A DNA stretch of 64,000 nucleotides from Patescibacteria group bacterium (lineage in GTDB: Bacteria; Patescibacteriota; Patescibacteriia; XYB2-FULL-38-15): NCBI GenBank assembly GCA_041650995.1, contig JBAZJZ010000001.1:363302-427301 (forward strand), given 5' to 3'. The notes below the pieces were generated by a model that saw only the letters and a list, made by a program, of their open reading frames with translations, ran no database searches and was not told where the DNA came from. Of the stretch, positions 48,381 to 58,045 are shown one piece after another; position 1 is the first letter of the stretch, and each line of letters begins with the position of its first letter. Position numbers and translations under genes: made by a program.

Positions 48381-48409
48381 AAAATATCACAGAAAATTAT
48401 TTTTGTCAA
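48381..48409 (-). promoter_or_regulatory. G6 promoter (GGGGTTGACAAAA-17-TATTTT)
   Basis: minus-strand TTGACA at 48409-48404. Confidence 0.4.
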
Positions 48410-48549
48410 CCCCGTAGTGAAATTTCGGATCTCCGCCCGAAGGCGGAAAAAAATATTTTAATTTTAGAAATATTTTAATTAGAAACACTGTTCCCTTGCT
48501 TGCTTAAACCAATTTTACCATTCCGAAATTCTACTACGGGGCAACCCCC
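48410..48549. repeat. 20-bp inverted repeats (ccccgtagtgaaatttcgga / tccgaaattctactacgggg) flanking a hairpin, overlapping the G6 promoter
   Basis: 18/20 complementary arms at 48410-48429 and 48522-48541. Confidence 0.6.
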
Positions 48550-48598
48550 TAATTAACCCTTGCTTTTTTAACGTATTTTTGCTAAATTAAATACACAA

Positions 48599-49033
48599 TT
48601 GTTCATCAAAAATATGAACCCGCTACAAACGGAAAAATCAAACGACAAAATCTGGAGGCAACTTTCCAATCTCTGGACTTTCGCAGCCATGGGATTTTTC
48701 ATGTTTGATTTTTTCACGAACGATAAATACAGCGGATACGCCGCGGCGATCTCAATTATTTACATTTCTATTCTCGGCCTTTACGCCGGAACCAAAGAAT
48801 TTGACCGCTGGCAAGATTCTCATTTTTCAAAACGCAAAGGCGAATTATTTGTTATTCTCTGGACAATTTTAATTTTTTTCTTTATCATTACCGCGATTGT
48901 CTCCGGCGGAAAATACAAAATGCCATCGGAATTCACGGCGACCTACATCGCGCTTTTATCCATTTTCGCCTTGACACAAAGGTCTAAATTCCTGCATAAT
49001 CAAAAAGAGAAAGATATTAATCAAAAACAATAA
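48599..49033 (+). CDS. hypothetical membrane protein
   Basis: four TM helices. Confidence 0.4.
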   Translation: MFIKNMNPLQTEKSNDKIWRQLSNLWTFAAMGFFMFDFFTNDKYSGYAAAISIIYISILGLYAGTKEFDRWQDSHFSKRKGELFVILWTILIFFFIITAIVSGGKYKMPSEFTATYIALLSIFALTQRSKFLHNQKEKDINQKQ

Positions 49034-49042
49034 TCAATAATT

Positions 49043-49300
49043 ATGAAAAAAGACATCCACCCTGAATATTATCCAAAAGCAAAAGTAACCTGCGCCTGCG
49101 GCAATGCTTTTACTGTTGGCTCAACCGTGAAAGAAATTAAAGTTGAGTTGTGTTCTGCCTGCCATCCGTTCTACACCGGCAAACAGAAACTTGTTGACTC
49201 AGCGAGACGCGTAGAAAAATTCAAAGAAAAAATGGAAAAAAAGGCGGCTATTTCCGCGACGAAAAAAGAAAAGAAGCCGAGAGCGAAAAAAACCAAGTAG
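49043..49300 (+). CDS. rpmE: 50S ribosomal protein L31
   Basis: MKKDIHPEY...C.C...C..C...FYTGKQ. Confidence 0.85.
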   Translation: MKKDIHPEYYPKAKVTCACGNAFTVGSTVKEIKVELCSACHPFYTGKQKLVDSARRVEKFKEKMEKKAAISATKKEKKPRAKKTK

Positions 49301-49376
49301 CTATTCCAATCATAAAAAACATGGTAACGTTTTTGTTATCATGTTTTTATGTTAGAATAAACTAATAATTTAATTT

Positions 49377-50414
49377 ATGATTCCTGAAATCACTAAAACC
49401 GAAGAAAGATTTAAGGAACTCGAGGCCGAACTTGCCCGCCCCGAGGTGGTTTCCAATCCGGAAAAATTAAAAACCGTTTCCCGAGAATACAGTGACTTAA
49501 AAGAAGTTATGGAAAAAATAAATAAATTTCATAAATTGAAAAAGGCCGAATTGGAAACAGAGGTTATCGCCAAACAGGACGTCGACGAGATGGCGGCCAT
49601 CGCTAAAGAAGAATTAGAAAAAATTCGGCGGGAAAAATCAACGCTTGAAACGGAAATTAAAGAAGAATTAACGCCGAAAGATCCGCTGGACAAAAGAAAT
49701 ATTATCGTGGAAATTCGGGCCGGCGCCGGCGGCGATGAAGCCGCTCTTTTTGCCGCGCAATTATTCAGAATGTATTCGCGCTTCGCCGAGCGCAAAGGCT
49801 GGCAGACAAAATTGATTTCCGCAAACCGGACAGACCTCGGCGGATTCAAAGAAATTATTTTTTCAGTTGAGGGAAAAGGCGCTTGGGGAAATTTAAAATT
49901 TGAAAGCGGCGTGCACCGCGTTCAGCGCGTTCCGGAAACGGAAAAAAGCGGACGAGTCCATACTTCAACCGCCTCTGTCGCCGTTCTTCCAGAAGCCGAA
50001 GAAATTGATATAAAAATTGAACCAAAAGATTTAAGAATTGATACGTTTTTATCCGGCGGCCACGGCGGTCAAAGCGTGCAGACAACTTATTCGGCCGTGC
50101 GTATTACTCATATTCCGACCGGTCTTGTTGTCGCCTGCCAAGACGAACGCTCACAGGCGCAAAATAAAGAAAAAGCCATGCAGGTTTTGCGTTCCCGGCT
50201 TTTTGTAATGGAGCAGGAAAAACGGCAAGCGGCGGAAGTCGCGGCGCGACGTTCGCAAATCGGTTCGGCCATGCGGGCGGAAAAAATCAGAACATATAAT
50301 TTTCCCCAGGACCGCGTTTCCGATCATCGCGTTAAAGAAAGCTGGCACAATATTAATAATGTTATGGATGGCGAACTGGATCAAATTATTGAAGTGTTGA
50401 AAAAGGAAGTGTAA
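49377..50414 (+). CDS. prfA: peptide chain release factor 1
   Basis: GGQ motif; RVQRVPETE (PxT-type, RF1-like); followed by prmC. Confidence 0.8.
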   Translation: MIPEITKTEERFKELEAELARPEVVSNPEKLKTVSREYSDLKEVMEKINKFHKLKKAELETEVIAKQDVDEMAAIAKEELEKIRREKSTLETEIKEELTPKDPLDKRNIIVEIRAGAGGDEAALFAAQLFRMYSRFAERKGWQTKLISANRTDLGGFKEIIFSVEGKGAWGNLKFESGVHRVQRVPETEKSGRVHTSTASVAVLPEAEEIDIKIEPKDLRIDTFLSGGHGGQSVQTTYSAVRITHIPTGLVVACQDERSQAQNKEKAMQVLRSRLFVMEQEKRQAAEVAARRSQIGSAMRAEKIRTYNFPQDRVSDHRVKESWHNINNVMDGELDQIIEVLKKEV

Positions 50415-50437
50415 AAAATAATAAATATAATAAAAAA

Positions 50438-50462
50438 ACCGGCCGCAAGGCCGGTTTTTTGT
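50438..50462 (+). terminator. prfA terminator
   Basis: accggccgcaaggccggt followed by a T-run. Confidence 0.65.
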
Positions 50463-50469
50463 ATAGAAC

Positions 50470-50547
50470 TTGACAAATTAATCTTTTTATAATATTCTAA
50501 AAACATCAAACAGGGTGGCCTTTCGTTTTTGGCGCGCGCCGAAAACG
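50470..50547 (+). promoter_or_regulatory. G7 promoter (TTGACAAAT.. with TATAAT/TATTCT) and leader hairpin cgtttttggcgcgcgccgaaaacg
   Basis: -35 at 50470-50475; perfect palindrome at 50524-50547. Confidence 0.4.
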
Positions 50548-50622
50548 TGAAGGAAGGTGGCCCTAAATCTCGGCCCGACGGACGGGACGAGTTAAAATAG
50601 GGAAGGTTGAGGAGGATAGGGA

Positions 50623-50832
50623 ATGTTGAATCCGATTTGGGTCGACGGAATACGCCTCGTCGACGACAATGGCCAACCGCTTTGGGCGGATCGTGGCCCC
50701 ATCGAAATTTCGTCGAGGCGACCGCATCAGCCCGGTGGCGAAGGGAATGACGACATGTTCTTCCCGGACGACGAAGAAGCGGCCAGGCGGCGAAGCGACG
50801 CCCGGAAGAGAGACCGTCGGCGCCAGCAGTAG
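50623..50832 (+). CDS. G7: GC-rich small cassette protein (69 aa), acidic then Arg-rich tail
   Basis: GAGGAGGATAGGGA-ATG Shine-Dalgarno; followed by about 150 nt GC-rich untranslated region and a terminator. Confidence 0.4.
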   Translation: MLNPIWVDGIRLVDDNGQPLWADRGPIEISSRRPHQPGGEGNDDMFFPDDEEAARRRSDARKRDRRRQQ

Positions 50833-50987
50833 TATCCCGTCCCACCATCAACGTGAGAGCTGCGAGCTTCGCTCGCCCACTCTCCGTTTCAAGTTCGCGC
50901 CCCCCCTCCCGGAAGCGGCGCGAAGCCCGCGTAGCGGAAAACGGGGAACACGAGTTCCCCGCCCCCCCCTCCTCGCTACCGGGCCCC

Positions 50988-51050
50988 AGCCCGTGGATTG
51001 TTTTGGAGAGATCTCCCCTCCTTCAAGCAGTCCACGGGCTCCTTTTTTTA
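50988..51050 (+). terminator. G7 terminator
   Basis: agcccgtgga...tccacgggct stem followed by a T-run. Confidence 0.5.
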
Positions 51051-51065
51051 TGCTACAATAATCGC

Positions 51066-51950
51066 ATGACAATAAAACAATCTCTCATTTTGGCGACAAA
51101 AATTTTACAAAAAAATAAACTATCCTCCCCTGCTCTGGACGCCGAAGTCCTCCTATCTTTTGTTATAAAAAAACAAAAAGAATTTTTGTACGCACATTCT
51201 GAAAAAAAATTAACCGCGGCGCAATTTTTAAAATTTAAAAAACTGATCGCCCGGCGTTCTAAACATGAGCCTATCGCCTACATCATTGACCACAAATTTT
51301 TCTACGGCCTGAATTTTTTTGTTGATAAAAATGTTTTAATCCCCCGCCCGGAAACGGAAACACTAGTTGAAACTGTAATCGATAAAAATCCAACTGCAGT
51401 CGTTGACGTGGGAACCGGCAGCGGCGTTATTGCCATCTCACTCGCTTATCATCTACCCAAAACGAAAATTTTTGCCACGGAAATTTCGCCGTCCGCGGCC
51501 AAAATTGCGCAAAAAAATATTCTTCATCATAAAGTCACCATTACTTTGCTTCGCGGAAATCTTCTTGAACCTTTTTTAAAAAATTTAAAATCAAAAATAA
51601 AAAACTTAAAATCTTTAATCGTTGTCGCCAATCTCCCCTATCTCAAAACTCGTCAATGGAAAAAAACTCTGCCAGAAATAAAAAAATATGAGCCACGGCA
51701 AGCTCTGGACGGCGGTGAAGATGGTTTGAATTATTACCGCGAACTTTTACAGCAAATCGAATTACTAATTACCGATTACCAATTACCAATTACTTCAATC
51801 TTCGAAATTGATCCATCTCAAAAAAAAACCATTGCGAAATTGGTCAACTGCCGCTTCCCTGCCGCGAAAATTGAAATAAAAAAAGACCTCGCCGGCCGAG
51901 ATCGGGTTGTTATATTTAAAATAAATCCCAAAAAACAATCAATTACTTAA
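51066..51950 (+). CDS. prmC: release factor glutamine methyltransferase PrmC/HemK
   Basis: VGTGSG SAM motif, NLPY (NPPY-type) motif, C-terminal DLAGRDRV; start at MTIKQ after the G7 terminator. Confidence 0.75.
   Translation: MTIKQSLILATKILQKNKLSSPALDAEVLLSFVIKKQKEFLYAHSEKKLTAAQFLKFKKLIARRSKHEPIAYIIDHKFFYGLNFFVDKNVLIPRPETETLVETVIDKNPTAVVDVGTGSGVIAISLAYHLPKTKIFATEISPSAAKIAQKNILHHKVTITLLRGNLLEPFLKNLKSKIKNLKSLIVVANLPYLKTRQWKKTLPEIKKYEPRQALDGGEDGLNYYRELLQQIELLITDYQLPITSIFEIDPSQKKTIAKLVNCRFPAAKIEIKKDLAGRDRVVIFKINPKKQSIT
51759..51793 (+). repeat. five tandem heptamers (NAATTAC) inside the prmC coding sequence
   Basis: gaattac taattac cgattac caattac caattac. Confidence 0.8.
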
Positions 51951-52007
51951 TTACTATTTACCAATTACTGAAATCTGCAAATGGTAATTAGTAACTGGTA
52001 ATTACGG
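51939..52007. repeat. CAATTAC/GTAATTA heptamer repeats arranged as an inverted repeat in the convergent spacer
   Basis: caattacttaattac...tggtaattagtaactggtaattac. Confidence 0.7.
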
Positions 52008-52017
52008 CACTTAAAAA

Positions 52018-53118
52018 TTAAAACTCCACTTCAGTATTTATCGGCACCACTTCAACCCAGGTCACTCCCGGGTTGAATTTTATTTCCGCGCCTGTTGCGT
52101 CATAAAATCTCGTCCGCTCACCACGCGCATCTTTTCTCCAAGTTCCATCAATCCGAATTCCATCCTGAAAAATAATTGCCTCGCCACTACCAATCGTATC
52201 AATTTTTTTTCGACCAACATCATCTAAAACCACCATTTTAGTAAACTGCACAATAATATTTTTTGCCCGAACTTCCTCGCCATTTCTGTCTTGCTGGATT
52301 GCTCCCGCTTGATATCTCAAATAGTCATTTGTCTCGCGATCATACTGCCAACCGGCTTCGTAAGTTTTCGTGGAAAAATAAATTTTAACTCTTTTTTCTT
52401 CATCGGGTCGCGACTCTTCGGGTATTTCATTCTTAAACTGCCATGGCGTAAAATTTTTCACTTCACCATTTTTCGCCGTAAAAGCTTCATTTAATAATTC
52501 TGTTGAAGTGTAAAGATTGTGCGGCGCATATCTTGATTTTGATCGCCAAAAGAATCTGCCGTAAGCGAATTCATTCAAATCCAAAATGTCATATTGCGGA
52601 ATTAACCTCAGCGCTTCAGGACTGCCGCCGGAATGGACATAAAGCGTGCCAAACTCCTCCGCCCAATCAAGAAAATATGGCCGCGCGCTTCGAACTGGAC
52701 CGATTTCCGGGACATCGCTATCTGCTGTGTAAATTGCGAGCAATCTTGTAATCCCCGCTTCGGCTAAAGTTTCGTAAACCAAATTAGCGCCCGAGACTCC
52801 CGAAAGCGGCCGGGCGTCAATCATGTTTTCAATTTGCACGGCAAAAAGCGCGGGATTAATTTTTATTTCTTCGTCCACTTCCACTCCATCAACCAATCGA
52901 CGAAACCCAGGAAGAGATACTTCTTTATTTTCTTCATTGCTTTGCTCCGCCCTCGCCCGAGAAAAAAAATCCAAAAAAGAAGTCCTGGACAAAAGCAAAT
53001 AGCCGCCGCCGACCACCACAAAAACTGAAATTAAAAGCAAAGAAACAACCAGCCAAATACGCGGTTGTTTCTTCACAAAAACAATTATTTTTGAGAATAA
53101 TTCCTTTATTAACTTCAT
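52018..53118 (-). CDS. DUF3048 (YerB-like) secreted/anchored protein
   Basis: N-terminal TM anchor; architecture and length as in DUF3048. Confidence 0.45.
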   Translation of the reverse strand: MKLIKELFSKIIVFVKKQPRIWLVVSLLLISVFVVVGGGYLLLSRTSFLDFFSRARAEQSNEENKEVSLPGFRRLVDGVEVDEEIKINPALFAVQIENMIDARPLSGVSGANLVYETLAEAGITRLLAIYTADSDVPEIGPVRSARPYFLDWAEEFGTLYVHSGGSPEALRLIPQYDILDLNEFAYGRFFWRSKSRYAPHNLYTSTELLNEAFTAKNGEVKNFTPWQFKNEIPEESRPDEEKRVKIYFSTKTYEAGWQYDRETNDYLRYQAGAIQQDRNGEEVRAKNIIVQFTKMVVLDDVGRKKIDTIGSGEAIIFQDGIRIDGTWRKDARGERTRFYDATGAEIKFNPGVTWVEVVPINTEVEF

Positions 53119-53135
53119 AGCTTCGAGTATAATTC

Positions 53136-53834
53136 CTATTTTTTCTCTTCTTTTTTCTCGCCCGCAGCTTCGGGCGCGGCAGCTTCTTCTTCGCCCTCTT
53201 TCTTTTCTTTTTCCACAACTTCCACTTCGTCAACTTTTTCCGCGACTGGAGTTTCAAGTTCAGCTTTTAATTCTTCTTCAGTCAAAGGTGCTTCAACTGT
53301 GGCAATGGTCGCGTTCATATCATCTAAAATTTTCACTCCCTCCGACACCTTTAAATCTTTAATCTGAATGCTGTCTTCAAAAGTTTTAAGGCCGGAAATA
53401 TCAACTTCAATTTCGTGCACCAAATCTTGCGGCAAACATTCAATTTCTATTTTTTCCATACTATGGACAAAAGTACCGCCGAGTTCTTTAACTGCCGGCG
53501 CTTCGCCAATAAATTTCAAGAGCGCGTCAACTTTAAGTTTTTCCGTCATCTTAATCTGGCGAAAATCAACGTGAGAAAATTTACCTGTGCGAGGATCCAT
53601 TTGTACTTCCTGAACCAGAACTTTAACCGGCGCGGCTTCATCAATTTTTAAATCAATTAAAGTGCTTTCTCCGGCTTCTTTGTAAAGTTTGTTGAAAGGA
53701 AGATACTCCACAACCAAATTTAAGGACGGCACGTCTTTACCGTAAATAACGGCCGGAATAAAATTTTGTTTACGGAGATTCTTTACTCCCCTTCCAGTCA
53801 CCTCTCGCTTTTTGACATTTAGACTTAAGGTCAT
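53136..53834 (-). CDS. rplY: 50S ribosomal protein L25/general stress protein Ctc
   Basis: L25 N-terminal beta-barrel motifs plus acidic C-terminal tail. Confidence 0.8.
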   Translation of the reverse strand: MTLSLNVKKREVTGRGVKNLRKQNFIPAVIYGKDVPSLNLVVEYLPFNKLYKEAGESTLIDLKIDEAAPVKVLVQEVQMDPRTGKFSHVDFRQIKMTEKLKVDALLKFIGEAPAVKELGGTFVHSMEKIEIECLPQDLVHEIEVDISGLKTFEDSIQIKDLKVSEGVKILDDMNATIATVEAPLTEEELKAELETPVAEKVDEVEVVEKEKKEGEEEAAAPEAAGEKKEEKK

Positions 53835-53904
53835 AAGAATTCTCTGTTTAGAGATTAATTAATAATGATTAGATTCTAACAATAAACCCGAAATTAGTCA
53901 AGAA

Positions 53905-55002
53905 TTAACCGTTTCTCACCGCAATACTCTCTAAAATCCCTACCATTGCCAAATTTGTGACCAAAGCGCTTCCGCCGTAACTTATAAAGGGGAGGGAAAT
54001 ACCTGTTACTGGCGCCACACCAATTGTCATCCCAATATTAATAAAAATCTGAATCAAAAAAATAATTGCCGTGCCTGCCGCGAAAAATAAACTGAAATCA
54101 TCACGCGCGCGCCTCGCGATTCGGACAATCCGCCAAAAAATAATTCCAAATAGAGCAAGGATCAAAGCCGAGCCCAAAAAACCCAACTCTTCGGCCAAAA
54201 CGGCAAAAATAAAATCTGTTTGACTTTCCGGAACAAAGCGCAATTGACTTTGCGGCCCAAAACTAATTCCCCGTCCGAGCATTTGTCCCGACCCGACGGC
54301 GATTTGCGCCTGAGCAATGTTATAGCCGCGGCCGAGTGGATCGCGCGAAGCGTCCAAAAAACTTAAAATTCTTTCTTTTTGATAATCTTCAAAAATAAAA
54401 AACCATGAACCGGCAAGGAGAGTCGCGATTAAAAGTAAAAGGAGCGCGAGATGCGATCGTTTGATTCCTATTAAAAATAGCATGCCAAGCCACAGAAAAA
54501 AAAGAACCAAAGCTGAACCAAAATCCGGCTGAAGCAAAACTAAGCCAATCAGAACGCCCGAAAAAATACCGCTCACTGTGATATGCTTGAAATTAAAAAT
54601 TTCATGCGCCCCGCGGGAAAAATATTTCGCCAAAAAAATAATCAAGGCGAGCTTTGCCAATTCCACCGGCTGAAAATTAAACCATCCAAAGCCAAACCAA
54701 CCTTGAGTTCCTCGGATGACCTGGCCGAAAATTAAAACCGCAACCAAGAGCGCCGCGGCCAGACCATAAATGGGAAAACTATAAAATTTCAACCACTTAT
54801 AATCAATCATGCTCGCGGCAAAAAAACCAACCAATCCAATCAAAATAAAAATTGCTTGTTTTTTAAAATTCAAAAAATCCGGATTAGCTTTGCTTAAAGA
54901 AATGCCATAAAGCGCGACCAAGCTTAAAACCAAAAGCAAAAATACTGAAGTTACGAGCACCCAGTCAAAACGTCTTAAAAATGAAAAATACCGGGAAAGC
55001 AT
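53905..55002 (-). CDS. ftsW: SEDS-family peptidoglycan glycosyltransferase FtsW/RodA
   Basis: 10-TM SEDS pattern; listed ORF N-terminus comes from a repeat, so start set at MLSRYF. Confidence 0.7.
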   Translation of the reverse strand: MLSRYFSFLRRFDWVLVTSVFLLLVLSLVALYGISLSKANPDFLNFKKQAIFILIGLVGFFAASMIDYKWLKFYSFPIYGLAAALLVAVLIFGQVIRGTQGWFGFGWFNFQPVELAKLALIIFLAKYFSRGAHEIFNFKHITVSGIFSGVLIGLVLLQPDFGSALVLFFLWLGMLFLIGIKRSHLALLLLLIATLLAGSWFFIFEDYQKERILSFLDASRDPLGRGYNIAQAQIAVGSGQMLGRGISFGPQSQLRFVPESQTDFIFAVLAEELGFLGSALILALFGIIFWRIVRIARRARDDFSLFFAAGTAIIFLIQIFINIGMTIGVAPVTGISLPFISYGGSALVTNLAMVGILESIAVRNG

Positions 55003-55146
55003 AAAATAAAAAATCCAAATGTCAAAATCCAAATACCAAATCAAGCCCAAAATCCAAAAATTTAGTCATTTGGATTTGATTTGACATTTGAGCTTTGGGT
55101 TTTGGATTTTAAATAACAAAGACAGTAAAAAATCACTTAAAAACTA

Positions 55147-56013
55147 TCAATCCACCGGCATGTATACCTTTGAATCAAAGATATTCACTTCTGGTACGAC
55201 TTTCACTTGCGTAATAGACGGCAAAGTCTCAAACCAACTTACTTCAACTAAGCGGTTTTGTCCAGAACGAAACTCTTCAAGAGTTACATAATTCACACTG
55301 GCGATGGAACTTCCTCGATAAAGAAAAATTTCAAAACCAACATCCCAAAAACTGAAAGCCGAGGCATTTCTAACCGTAAAAGAGGCGCGGCTGATAGGAA
55401 TATTTTCCCCGACCGCGGCTGGCGTAAATTTTACATCAGAGACGGGAAAATTGAGGCGGTCTTCCTGCCAGGTCGCGTAATCGGGAATTTCATGAGCGTC
55501 AATTTTTTGCCATTTTAAATTTTTTATTTCCAAAGTCGCGGAGCGAGGTTTGGCCGCCGCCGAAACTCCAAGATCAAAAATATATTTTTCCTCGCCAGGC
55601 AAAATAAATCCGCTCTTCTCCAAACGCGATACCCCGTCAACTAAAAAACTGTAAGTAAATTCCGCTCGCCAATTAAGAGAAGGATTAAAAACTTTTCCGA
55701 CAAAATCATATCTTCCTTTTCCGGAAGAAAAAATTGTTGTCGTGCCAAGTTCAAGACTTTTTGGCTGGAGCGCGCTATTTACGGCCGAATAATCAATCCC
55801 GCGGCTCAACTCTCTCATTGCCAAATTAAAACTTGGTCCTTCAATAAAATAATAATTAATCAAGCCATAAAGACCAAACCCCCAAAAAATCACGCAAATA
55901 AATATTAAAAAACCAATAAAAATTTTCTTCAATAAAATTTTATGGGAAACATACCACGTGGCGAATTTTAATTGACCTTCAGTGAAGTCTGTCGGCTGAT
56001 CTTCGTAAGCCAT
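55147..56013 (-). CDS. hypothetical membrane-anchored protein
   Basis: single N-terminal TM. Confidence 0.4.
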   Translation of the reverse strand: MAYEDQPTDFTEGQLKFATWYVSHKILLKKIFIGFLIFICVIFWGFGLYGLINYYFIEGPSFNLAMRELSRGIDYSAVNSALQPKSLELGTTTIFSSGKGRYDFVGKVFNPSLNWRAEFTYSFLVDGVSRLEKSGFILPGEEKYIFDLGVSAAAKPRSATLEIKNLKWQKIDAHEIPDYATWQEDRLNFPVSDVKFTPAAVGENIPISRASFTVRNASAFSFWDVGFEIFLYRGSSIASVNYVTLEEFRSGQNRLVEVSWFETLPSITQVKVVPEVNIFDSKVYMPVD

Positions 56014-56031
56014 ATTTTTATATAGTTAAGT

Positions 56032-56871
56032 TTAATGCAAAGGCTTCGGCGCGGCCAAGGTAATAAATTGCAAAACATCCGCGTGATCTGAAACTATTTT
56101 TATCGTCTTTTCATCTAGATCTTCGTTGTGGCGCGCCATAAATTCCAAAACTTCTCCATAGTTTTTAAGGTCTCTTCCTTCGCCGAGAAATCCGCTGCGA
56201 ATCAGAATATAATTTATAAATTTAAGCAATTGCTTTTCAGCTGAAGCAAGAAATTTATATTTTTCTCCCGCGTCCTCTGTTAAATTCGGCTTTTCCACCA
56301 TTAATTTTTGCAGAGCAACTGTTTTTTCAGGACTAAGCGCCAAAACAACACGCGGCATTTGAACTTCGCCCGCTATTCCGTCCGGATCTTCAAAATATTT
56401 AATCGAAGCCATTTTTCTTCCGGCCAATTTTTCAAAATTTTTATCCGCCTTGCGGCGTAAAACCATTTCATCCGAAGAAGTCGTGGCATCAATCGCGAGA
56501 TTTATAAATCTGTCTGTGTCTTCATCATGAAAAGTTACGACAAAATCCGCGCCATTCATTACATCGTCATATTCTGAAGTTTTTTGGATTGAAAAAACAT
56601 TGTCACCAAACCAGCCGTGAACTTTTATCCCTTCCATCAAAACATACTCCAAAGCGACCGCCTCGCTTCCTCGTTCATGAATATACCTCGGCGATTTTTT
56701 AATTTCAGAAACTTTTTGCAAATCCGCGGCTACCTCTTCTCGCTTATACGGCCGATCAACAAAATCTTCCGGGACAAACGCAGAGTCTCTCCAAGACCGA
56801 GCAATCTCCCGATTAAAATTTTCGTCGTCGGTTTGACCCCAAACTCTCCGGCGATCCAGCGCCGCCACCAT
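56032..56871 (-). CDS. hypothetical protein; start taken at MVAALD after a GAAGGAAG Shine-Dalgarno
   Basis: ORF. Confidence 0.4.
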   Translation of the reverse strand: MVAALDRRRVWGQTDDENFNREIARSWRDSAFVPEDFVDRPYKREEVAADLQKVSEIKKSPRYIHERGSEAVALEYVLMEGIKVHGWFGDNVFSIQKTSEYDDVMNGADFVVTFHDEDTDRFINLAIDATTSSDEMVLRRKADKNFEKLAGRKMASIKYFEDPDGIAGEVQMPRVVLALSPEKTVALQKLMVEKPNLTEDAGEKYKFLASAEKQLLKFINYILIRSGFLGEGRDLKNYGEVLEFMARHNEDLDEKTIKIVSDHADVLQFITLAAPKPLH

Positions 56872-56972
56872 TCTTCCTTCAATTCCTACTGCCATAATTG
56901 GAATAGCAGGCTTTAGCCTGCGCTTATTTTTCTTACTTCGACGCGAGCTAAAGCTCGCTAATCTATTTTTAT

Positions 56973-57176
56973 ATTATATCAAAAAAATTAAATTAAAACA
57001 AAGGCACTCTGGCAAAAAAAATTCGGCGTGACACCCGGAGTGACACCCTTTAGGGTGTTATTTCAAACAACATTGTAACAGCCTAAAGGCTGTCAGTCCG
57101 ATTTATTAAAAAATAAAAAAACGGCCCCGCTTCATTTCCTTTGCTTTGTGAGCATTAGATTTGAAACGGGGCCAAG
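56973..57176. repeat. conserved structured flank, copy 2 (G8 terminator hairpins plus outward TGATATAAT promoter)
   Basis: about 80% identical to 36829-37014. Confidence 0.7.
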
Positions 57177-57189
57177 GAACCTTCTGTCT

Positions 57190-57250
57190 GTCATTCCCGC
57201 GAAAGCGGGAATCCAGATTACTGGATCCCCGGGTTAAACCCGAGGACGAC
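57190..57250. mobile_element. MITE-like double-hairpin repeat, copy B
   Basis: GTCATTCCCGCGAAAGCGGGAATCCAG-ATTA-CTGGATCCCCGGGTTAAACCCGAGGACGAC. Confidence 0.65.
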
Positions 57251-57264
57251 ATTGAGGTTGTGGG

Positions 57265-57789
57265 CTACGCGGCTTTGCGACGGAGCACCCGAGCGCCGTC
57301 GTCCCAGCCGACGTCGAGCCAGCCCCAGTACTGGTACCAGCGGTCGCCGCGCCAGCGGAGGTACGCCACGCACTCGCGGCCGACGGGGTACCGCATGTCC
57401 GGGAAAACGAAGACGATCTTGCCGCGGAGTGCGGCGGGAATCTCGTCCTGGTGGGCGAGGATGAACTCGCAGTCCTCCTTGCCGAGGTAGGCGCCGAGCT
57501 TCTCGGCGCGGGCGACCATGGTGTGGCCGTGGACGCGCTCCTCGCCCTCCCGGAGAAAGGAGAGGATCTCGTAGGTGCGGCCGCCGACCGTCATTTCGGT
57601 GGGGAGTTCCAGCTCCGTGGGCTTCGCGGGCTGCCTCGCGATGAGTGCGCCATCGAGCGTCGTGGCCAACAAATCCTGATGCAGAATCCAAAATTGGGCC
57701 AACTCCGGCTCCATGTCCCGCGGCAGAGAGCGCAGCACTGCCGCACCGAGTTCCGCAAACTGATCCGTTCCGAGTTTCTTCTTTCCCAT
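57265..57789 (-). CDS. G8: GC-rich cassette protein, paralog of G5 (174 aa)
   Basis: AAGGAGGAAGCG-ATG; conserved block shared with G5. Confidence 0.55.
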   Translation of the reverse strand: MGKKKLGTDQFAELGAAVLRSLPRDMEPELAQFWILHQDLLATTLDGALIARQPAKPTELELPTEMTVGGRTYEILSFLREGEERVHGHTMVARAEKLGAYLGKEDCEFILAHQDEIPAALRGKIVFVFPDMRYPVGRECVAYLRWRGDRWYQYWGWLDVGWDDGARVLRRKAA

Positions 57790-58045
57790 CGCTTCCTCCT
57801 TGGCTTATCCTGGTTCATCTCTTTAGGAGAGGCAGGACTTAAGGAGAGGCAGGACTTACCAAAAGCGGCTGGAACCCTTTCCCAGCCTTGTTTTGATTGT
57901 GCTCCCCTCTTAAGATAAGAGGGGCTGGGGGCGTTATGAATCTTTGTTTTTAAATCTACAACTCATAACCCCTCTTAATCTCCCCTTACCTTAAGGGGAG
58001 AAACCAGAGCACTGCCAAAAGAAAGGTAGAAACTTCCAACGTTTC

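Noticed and set aside
50853-51065. N-terminal 71-aa extension of prmC listed in the ORF track (and ORF 50669-51061)
   Set aside because: The extension reads through G7's GC-rich 3' UTR and terminator hairpin and is proline/serine-rich low complexity. The conserved PrmC sequence begins at MTIKQ (51066).
55010-55050. N-terminal 16 aa of the listed ftsW ORF (MGLIWYLDFDIWIFYF)
   Set aside because: It is encoded by the ATTTGGATTT repeat region. The start was moved to the downstream Met.
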